A stretch of 64,000 nucleotides of DNA, from the IMG/VR virus record IMGVR_UViG_3300023110_000006; one strand, 5' to 3'. Source of the DNA: a virus. This document shows, piece after piece, positions 58,269-64,000 of this stretch; the stretch's first letter is position 1; every line of letters starts with the position of its first letter. The position numbers were made by a program, and so were the translations under genes. The notes beneath the pieces are model-generated. The model was given only the letters and a program-made list of their open reading frames with translations. It had not been told where the DNA came from and did no database searches.

Positions 58269-58583
58269 CTAAAATGGTTGACCACACTCTATCTTTTCTG
58301 CGGCTTTAAAGCCCACTGCCGCACACTTGTAGAGTGCACCATCCGCTTCAAAGTAATCACCCATTGCACTTGATCTGTGTCCGTACTTCTCTACAGGAAC
58401 TACAACCTCTACGTGTGGGTTCTTGTCTTGTACTCCTTCGGGGTGGCTCCAGCTGTCCATAATGTTCTGTGTCCAACGGTATGCATACTCGCAGGCTTCA
58501 GTGTGTACTGCGTGTGGCGCATCAACTGTTGCGATGTGTACCGGTTTGTCTTCGAATGCTGTGTGGAAAACTTTAACTTTCAT
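58269..58583 (-). CDS. Early hypothetical protein
   Basis: AYRWTQN...SW, RSS.MGD; own promoter and GAGGGC RBS. Confidence 0.7.
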   Translation of the reverse strand: MKVKVFHTAFEDKPVHIATVDAPHAVHTEACEYAYRWTQNIMDSWSHPEGVQDKNPHVEVVVPVEKYGHRSSAMGDYFEADGALYKCAAVGFKAAEKIECGQPF

Positions 58584-58668
58584 AGTGCCCTCTTTCTGTT
58601 TATACTCTTACTATAAGGTCAAAGGTCTTGTAGGTCAACCCCTAATTTACCAAAAGTTTACGTAAGAT

Positions 58669-58793
58669 GAACCCGGGGAGAGCGTAGTGAGGGCGAGTGC
58701 TCAATCCCCGGGTTCTATACCGTAGAGCGTGAGGGCTAGTAGCTCTTCGGTATGTACAGTGATCAGGTTGAGGGCTACCTTCTCATCACTGTA
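58669..58793 (-). ncRNA. Candidate triple-hairpin RNA with GCCCUCA in every loop (3' UTR of the AAA gene)
   Basis: Three consecutive stems (58669-58715, 58716-58754, 58755-58793), each with TGAGGGC (+) / GCCCTCA (-) in the loop; strand uncertain. Confidence 0.65.
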
Positions 58794-59782
58794 TTCTCTG
58801 CCATTGCTTCCCAGTTGCTGGGAAATGCTTTGGCTAAGTCAGCTACCTTGAGCACTGTACGTAAGCTCAGTTCTCTCAGTCGCTTCTTATTAATATCGAT
58901 GAAGTCTATAATGTCCTCATGTACTTCATCTGAGAATGCATATTCACTAAGCATACCGTCACCCACGATCTGCTTGATACGTAGCATCTTCTCTCGCTCT
59001 GTGTCGATAGTAAGATCTACATAGTGACAACGTGATTCAAGTGCTTCTAAATGGTCTCTCATCTTCTTAGATTTAACGTTGTCGAACTTGATGTTGGTAA
59101 TAAAGATCGCTGAACCTTTGAACTCGAAGCTGTCCGGCACGCCTTCATTACGCAACTTGAATGAATCTGTGTTCCAATGTATACGTCTAGTCTTCTTTGA
59201 ATCCAGTGCGGCTTTTAGGATGTTAAGGCTAAGCTCGTCCTGTAGTACTGAGTCACAGTCGTCAAACACAATTACATTGTCTTTGTCTGCGTACTTGAAC
59301 AGTTTACAGTAGAGGCCGATAGCACTCATCGCACCCTTGACCACTTCATACTTTTTAAAGCTACTGTCGCCTGCAATGTCTGCGAGTAGTTCGTGCTTGC
59401 CCAGCACTTTCTCTACGCCGAAACTTTTACCAACACCTGGAGGTCCTGATACGATCATTGCACGTACATCGCCTTTCTTACATGCTCGTGTCATGTCTTC
59501 TAGCATAGCGAAACGTTCACGCAAACGATCAACAGTCTCTTCATCTGTTTCTTCTCGCTGTGTGATCTTTGAGTTGCCTGCGCTTTCGTAACAGCTTGCA
59601 TCTGTTACTCTGATCTTGATGTTACGATCTGGAAAGCCTGCAATAGCCTTACCATCGACAGTTACGTAACCGCCTGCCGCTCCGATCTTGAAGTCTTCTA
59701 CTAGTGGAAATACCATACCGGCTAGATCAACGTCTTTGCCTCTAATTTTGTAAGTACCCTCTTTGATTCTAATGTTTGTCAT
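58775..59782 (-). CDS. AAA+-type P-loop ATPase, early
   Basis: GPPGVGKS Walker A, IVFDDCD Walker B, IFITN, ALESR. Confidence 0.85.
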   Translation of the reverse strand: MTNIRIKEGTYKIRGKDVDLAGMVFPLVEDFKIGAAGGYVTVDGKAIAGFPDRNIKIRVTDASCYESAGNSKITQREETDEETVDRLRERFAMLEDMTRACKKGDVRAMIVSGPPGVGKSFGVEKVLGKHELLADIAGDSSFKKYEVVKGAMSAIGLYCKLFKYADKDNVIVFDDCDSVLQDELSLNILKAALDSKKTRRIHWNTDSFKLRNEGVPDSFEFKGSAIFITNIKFDNVKSKKMRDHLEALESRCHYVDLTIDTEREKMLRIKQIVGDGMLSEYAFSDEVHEDIIDFIDINKKRLRELSLRTVLKVADLAKAFPSNWEAMAENTVMRR

Positions 59783-59822
59783 ATTGCCCTCGCGTTTTGT
59801 TTATATATTATACTGTAGCATC

Positions 59823-59951
59823 TTAGTTAACTAATGTCAACATCGAACCTATCCAAATTAGGCATACGCCCGCAAATGCTATTGCCATTTGAATAAGACC
59901 TGTGTAAAGACCTACTCCTACTACTGTGATTGCCCCAATTGCTTTTAACAT
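59823..59951 (-). CDS. 42-aa membrane protein (below the ORF-track cutoff)
   Basis: MLKAIGAITVVGVGLYTGLIQMAIAFAGVCLIWIGSMLTLVN; own promoter (GGTTGAC..TATAGT) and GAGGC RBS. Confidence 0.6.
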   Translation of the reverse strand: MLKAIGAITVVGVGLYTGLIQMAIAFAGVCLIWIGSMLTLVN

Positions 59952-60032
59952 ACTCGCCTCTCTGTGTGTTATTATGTTTTTACTATAACACCAAACGGTG
60001 CAATGGTCAACCCCTTTTGGTTACTTATTTGT

Positions 60033-60116
60033 TGGTGCCCGCACCCAGACTCGAACTGGGACGCACATAGCGAGGGATTTTAAGTCCCTTGTGTCTACCT
60101 ATTCCACCATACGGGC
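60033..60116 (-). tRNA. tRNA-Leu (UAA)
   Basis: GCCCGTA acceptor stem, AGGGA-CTTAAAA-TCCCT anticodon arm, long variable arm, GTTCGAG T loop, encoded CCA. Confidence 0.92.
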
Positions 60117-60118
60117 TT

Positions 60119-60195
<77 letters not shown>

Positions 60196-60296
60196 ATCTC
60201 TAAAACTGTTCCTATCTGATTGTAATAAAAGAATGGTTGGGACCCCACCTACTTCCCATACCTGGGGGAGCCTACGCTCCCCGCCCGAGGTGTGTC

Positions 60297-60602
60297 TTAT
60301 GCTTCGACTGTCTCCTCTTGCATCTTAGCTTCTAACTCTGATTTGATTGCAGGAGCATTTCTTACGGCGTATTCATAAATGGCCGCTTGTTGCTCTTCTG
60401 ATTGAAACTTGGGGTGTGCCATTAAGATCTGGCATACTTCTGACTTGGTGAACTCACCACCCATCTCAATCAACTCCACATTCTCGTGGCCGTTCTTGAA
60501 AAGGATTTTCAGTCTGCTCACGAAGTCGTTTGCAAATCTGATTTTTGTGATACCATTTAGAGTGCTTGTACCTGCTACACTGTATGTCTTAGTTGTTGTC
60601 AT
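60297..60602 (-). CDS. Early hypothetical protein
   Basis: VAGTS..NG..KIRFAND..R.K.L.KNGH..V.L motif; own promoter and GAGGGC RBS. Confidence 0.7.
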   Translation of the reverse strand: MTTTKTYSVAGTSTLNGITKIRFANDFVSRLKILFKNGHENVELIEMGGEFTKSEVCQILMAHPKFQSEEQQAAIYEYAVRNAPAIKSELEAKMQEETVEA

Positions 60603-60676
60603 GTTCGCCCTCCAGCGTGTTTGTTTAACTTATATACTAACTATAAGGTCTAACGATCCTAAAGTCAACCTCTTTT

Positions 60677-60865
60677 TTAATTATTTTTTAGAGCAATCAA
60701 TGCACCTGTTAGGAACATAGTCAAGCCCATGCCAGCATAAAACAGCATGTCACCAATAGAGTTGCCTGGACCACACTTGCCGTCACAGTCTCCACCAGCA
60801 CCTGCCATAAAGATAATGCCTGCCATAATTAAGAAGTAACCTATATATGTTGTTATCGTTTTCAT
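60677..60865 (-). CDS. Early small membrane protein
   Basis: Two TM helices flanking GDCDGKC; own promoter and GAGGGC RBS. Confidence 0.65.
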   Translation of the reverse strand: MKTITTYIGYFLIMAGIIFMAGAGGDCDGKCGPGNSIGDMLFYAGMGLTMFLTGALIALKNN

Positions 60866-60942
60866 TCTGCCCTCGTTTGTTAATTTATAATACTACTATA
60901 AGATCAAAAGGGGCTGTTGTCAACCCCTTTTTTCCTCTTATT

Positions 60943-61443
60943 TTATGCGACTGATTCGGGCTCCCAACCCATTTCCTTGAGCTGGTCTGGTGTGATCTTT
61001 GTGGACACTAGGTCAAATATAGGAAAGCCTGATGCATCCTTTTCTTCGTATGCATTGACCAACCACTGATCGCCTCCCCATAGGTAGTAGTATTCTACAC
61101 CCATATCGAAGTTGCTGACCCAGTCCGGGATGTTGTCGAACGTGCAAGGAGCAACTCGTGCCCACTCTTCGCCACGGTCTCGGTGGTATGCTGTAGTCCA
61201 GTCTTCGTACATTGCATCCATCTCTGGTTCGTCATAGTTACGATCGAACGGATGCTTCTCTCCGATCTCTGGTCGTAGGCTTGATATATCACCTAGGTCG
61301 ATCAGCTGTTTGCTCTTAGCTGGATCAGTGTAGTACCTACGGAGCATCTCTCCGTTGTGTGCTGGATAACCATCCCAATGGCAGTAGATTGCTCTGATCT
61401 TGCCTTCGGGAGTCTTCATTGCGATTGTGCTTCTTGTAGCCAT
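60943..61443 (-). CDS. Early hypothetical protein
   Basis: MATRS.I, IYCHWDGYP, GDISSL, AYHRDRGE, EYYYL. Confidence 0.75.
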   Translation of the reverse strand: MATRSTIAMKTPEGKIRAIYCHWDGYPAHNGEMLRRYYTDPAKSKQLIDLGDISSLRPEIGEKHPFDRNYDEPEMDAMYEDWTTAYHRDRGEEWARVAPCTFDNIPDWVSNFDMGVEYYYLWGGDQWLVNAYEEKDASGFPIFDLVSTKITPDQLKEMGWEPESVA

Positions 61444-61506
61444 GTTGCCCTCTCTTTGTTAATTTATGCTCTTACTGTAGCATAGGATTGACTGTGTGTC
61501 AACCCC

Positions 61507-61701
61507 TTAGTTCATGTCAGCTTGCCAATATGTGCCGTCAAACGTAGCAGTCAACGCACCTAATGGAAAGTCTGTGTGCTCAAAAATAATGTAAGGAGCG
61601 CCTGTAAATTCACAAATCTTTTGCGTGTGGATGTTTACTTCGCTCAACGGAATCAAACGCTCGTCTGTGTTACGGTATGCGCTGTTAAAAACTCTAATCA
61701 T
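61507..61701 (-). CDS. Early hypothetical protein
   Basis: GAGGGC RBS before ATG 61701; own promoter. Confidence 0.65.
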   Translation of the reverse strand: MIRVFNSAYRNTDERLIPLSEVNIHTQKICEFTGAPYIIFEHTDFPLGALTATFDGTYWQADMN

Positions 61702-61790
61702 CTCTAAGCCCTCTTTGCTTTGTTTATACAATTAATATAGTGCATTTAGTTGCTGTTGTCAACCCCTAAATGCACTTTTTTTTATTTTTT

Positions 61791-61994
61791 TTAATTTTCG
61801 TCTACTAATTCCCAAACTTGCATACGTGCATTGTCAAACAGTCTAAAAAACTGTAAGTCTGTATCCAAATAGTCGTTGTTAATTTCTCGCAAGCGTTTTT
61901 CTAAATCCTGTTGTGTAGCAAACACGCCAAAATTTTCCCAAGCAGTTTCACTGTCGCCTGTGCCCTGTAATTGTAAAACGAAAACATTTTGCAT
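61791..61994 (-). CDS. Early hypothetical protein (proline-free)
   Basis: Own promoter and GAGGGC RBS; lies in the GA/GG-free template block. Confidence 0.65.
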   Translation of the reverse strand: MQNVFVLQLQGTGDSETAWENFGVFATQQDLEKRLREINNDYLDTDLQFFRLFDNARMQVWELVDEN

Positions 61995-62068
61995 AAGTGC
62001 CCTCTCTATGCTGTGTAATATAAAAACACTGTAGCACCTATGCGCTACAGTGTCAAGTGTTTTTTTAA

Positions 62069-62341
62069 TTAATTTTCAAATTTTACTCCTAACAAACGCA
62101 AATAGCGTCCGTTGTCTGTAAAGTGTACTTTGTCACAGCCAGTTGCAAAACGTAACCAATTGCATTCTGCTTGTGTAAACTTGTCTCCTATTATTCCAAA
62201 GCACAAGTTGCGTCTGTCCTTTACATCCTCTAAATCTTTTTGCACACCGTTTGTCCAAGTGCGCCATACACCTGTGTCCTTTTGTGCAATCATATCTGCA
62301 ACCAATTTACGTGCTTGTTTTGTGTTTAATTCTGTCTGCAT
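62069..62341 (-). CDS. Early hypothetical protein (Pro- and Ser-free)
   Basis: GAGGGC RBS before ATG 62341; lies in the GA/GG-free template block. Confidence 0.65.
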   Translation of the reverse strand: MQTELNTKQARKLVADMIAQKDTGVWRTWTNGVQKDLEDVKDRRNLCFGIIGDKFTQAECNWLRFATGCDKVHFTDNGRYLRLLGVKFEN

Positions 62342-62417
62342 ATATAAGCCCTCCATATGCGTGTTGTATAAAAACACTGTAGCACAGTTGCGCTACAGTG
62401 TCAAGCATTTTTTTAAA

Positions 62418-62765
62418 TTACACCTCCATGCTTGCATAGCCATCGTCTTGCATGCCTTGCTCAGTAAAAGTTACGTCCATACCTAATGCTGTACTAATAG
62501 CACGTTCAAATCCACTGTCCGTGTAAATGTCCCATGTAGCATCATGCACAACGTTCACCATAACACTGTCGCTCATATCGTCTTCATACACAGTATGTCT
62601 TACCTGTATGCTGTCCACACGCACAGTATCCTTTCCTGTGTAATCCCATATGCTGTCCATAGCAAGTTTTACAGTTCCTTGCACATCATACATTGTATTA
62701 GTTACAGTTTCCTGCAGTTCCGCGTCACGCTCATTTTCAGTGTATAGTTTTTTAAGTGTAAGCAT
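62418..62765 (-). CDS. Early acidic hypothetical protein (proline-free)
   Basis: IYTDSGFE...FTEQGMQ motif; GAGGGC RBS; lies in the GA/GG-free template block. Confidence 0.7.
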   Translation of the reverse strand: MLTLKKLYTENERDAELQETVTNTMYDVQGTVKLAMDSIWDYTGKDTVRVDSIQVRHTVYEDDMSDSVMVNVVHDATWDIYTDSGFERAISTALGMDVTFTEQGMQDDGYASMEV

Positions 62766-62832
62766 ATTGCCCTCGCTTTGCTTGTTTGTTAATGTTAACT
62801 ATTTGTAGCACATACAAAAGCATAATGCAAGA

Positions 62833-62910
62833 GAAAAGTTTTGTTTAAAAACAATGACTTAGCAAAAAAATTTATTTTATAAGTCATTGAAAACAAAGGA
62901 AACTTTTTTC
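62833..62910. repeat. Imperfect inverted repeat with IHF-like cores between divergent promoters
   Basis: AAAAGTTT..CAATGACTTA / TAAGTCATTG..AAACTTTT. Confidence 0.55.
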
Positions 62911-62920
62911 ACAAATGGGG

Positions 62921-63028
62921 TTGACAAATGACCCTTAGCTTGCTATATTATAATTGAGGATGGGGGCAGTAGGTCCGAGGGAACCGAAGAGCCGCAAACG
63001 GGAGGGCACGGAGCTCTGACCATTTTTT
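62921..63028 (+). ncRNA. Candidate ~70-nt small RNA with its own sigma70 promoter
   Basis: TTGACA-17 nt-TATATT, then a G-rich structured segment containing GAGGGC and ending in TTTTTT; no credible ORF. Confidence 0.45.
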
Positions 63029-63040
63029 CAAACCAGAACC

Positions 63041-63075
63041 AAAAAGAAAGACGACCCCTAGGGCCGCCTCTCTCT
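63041..63075 (-). terminator. Rho-independent terminator
   Basis: Minus strand AGAGAGGCGGCCC-TAG-GGGTCGTCTTTCT-TTTT; G-U pairs fit the minus strand. Confidence 0.7.
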
Positions 63076-63089
63076 GAGGGCAAGTCTAT

Positions 63090-63293
63090 CTAGTACTCGT
63101 CTGAGTAAACCTCTCCAAAGTCTTCCCACTCCTGCTCCCAGGTGGGTTGCCCGTCGTTGTCGTCGAAACTCTCGTCGAACTCTACACGCACCCCGCCACC
63201 ATAGGCTAGGTTGTATTCTGTCTGCATGGCCTCGGCCTCGTTCCGATTATCGAAACTGTCTACGACCTCGCCCTTCCAAATTAACTTCCACAT
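63090..63293 (-). CDS. Early hypothetical protein
   Basis: EVVDSFD...EA..M..EY.LAYG and DGQPTWEQEW.DF; own promoter, GAGGTG RBS. Confidence 0.65.
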   Translation of the reverse strand: MWKLIWKGEVVDSFDNRNEAEAMQTEYNLAYGGGVRVEFDESFDDNDGQPTWEQEWEDFGEVYSDEY

Positions 63294-63345
63294 TTTTGCA
63301 CCTCTTTCTAACTATACCTTACTATAACACGGCCCCACAGCAATG

Positions 63346-63669
63346 TCAACCCCTTTTGGTATAAGTCCTCGGGTCGACTGAAATAGCGTTGGAGATCTGG
63401 TACTCCCGATAGTCTTTGCTATCGTCAGCCAGCTCGGCCATCCACTCGTCATAGGTGGAATATGAGCTTGGGAACTCCTTGAACGAAATGTTGTTCTCCA
63501 TCCCAATAGCCGCTACAAATGCCACAGCATCCTGTAGCCGCTCTACCCCACTTACAATGTAGGTATCGCCTCCCTTGAATTTCCAATAAGCGTTCCCGCT
63601 CTTGAACCGGCCGTCCTCACAGTGAGCGCCATAGTTTTCCATGTGTTGTGTGTGAACTACGAATTGCAT
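63346..63669 (-). CDS. Early hypothetical protein
   Basis: TQ..ENYGAH...YWKFKGG.TY; GAGGGC RBS before ATG 63669. Confidence 0.7.
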   Translation of the reverse strand: MQFVVHTQHMENYGAHCEDGRFKSGNAYWKFKGGDTYIVSGVERLQDAVAFVAAIGMENNISFKEFPSSYSTYDEWMAELADDSKDYREYQISNAISVDPRTYTKRG

Positions 63670-64000
63670 AATTTTTGCCCTCTCTAATGCGTTATTGTCT
63701 CTACAGTATAAGACCAACACAAGGAGAAGTCAACCCCTAATTTACCAAAAAACGGTTTTTTGAACGACACGGAAAGAACACGACGAGTGGGGTGATGATC
63801 CAAACTCAAGTGTACACCAAACTGTATAGTGTGACCAAAACCTGAATTTTCTCAATCTTTTCAAAGGGTTAGCAGGCTCTCTTAGTGTAGTAGCATAGTA
63901 GAGCTAACCGCAAGTCCAAAACCCCTAGTAGCCGCACTATACACTATAGCCGCAAGCCCCACCAAAAGGCCCCTCCAAACCCCTCTTAGGCCCAGATCTG

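Noticed and set aside
58752-59591. + strand ORFs opposite the AAA ATPase (and similar shadow ORFs throughout the track)
   Set aside because: Antisense to well-supported genes, with no RBS or promoter; typical codon-bias shadows.
61676-62830. UV-photoproduct avoidance as the cause of TC/CC loss
   Set aside because: TT and CT remain common, and the template strand, where lesions block transcription, is rich in TC/CC.

Overview
This is a 64 kb segment of a large, AT-rich, T4-like (myovirus) phage genome. It has four parts. (1) A virion module: gp15/gp14/gp13 neck, gp18 sheath, gp19 tube, gp4, and gp16/gp17 terminase. (2) A replication/recombination module: gp32, UvsX, UvsY, UvsW, primase, helicase, a probable gp62, and two unusual family-C (DnaE-like) polymerase genes, one only 185 aa long. 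(3) A large glycan/auxiliary arsenal: the ADP-heptose pathway, kdsA/kdsB, four KpsC/KpsS-like proteins, other glycosyltransferases, SGNH-like proteins, 2OG-Fe(II) oxygenases, folE + yhhQ and def. (4) From about 57.85 kb, a minus-strand array of small early genes, each with its own sigma70 promoter, plus tRNA-Leu(UAA) and tRNA-Arg(UCU). The strongest unexplained signals are non-coding or compositional. First, a ~1.15 kb block (61676-62830) holds three proline-free early genes whose template strand has no GG and only one GA. Together with apparent window-wide avoidance of GCWGC and the folE/yhhQ pair, this suggests context-specific guanine hypermodification with a modification-free 'first-read' zone. 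Second, a phage-specific GAGGGC ribosome-binding motif precedes 11 early genes. It is exactly complementary to GCCCUC loops in a triple-hairpin RNA 3' of the AAA ATPase gene, and a separately promoted GAGGGC-bearing small RNA lies nearby, which together form a candidate RNA-based early-gene switch. All calls come from reading motifs by eye; no database searches were run.
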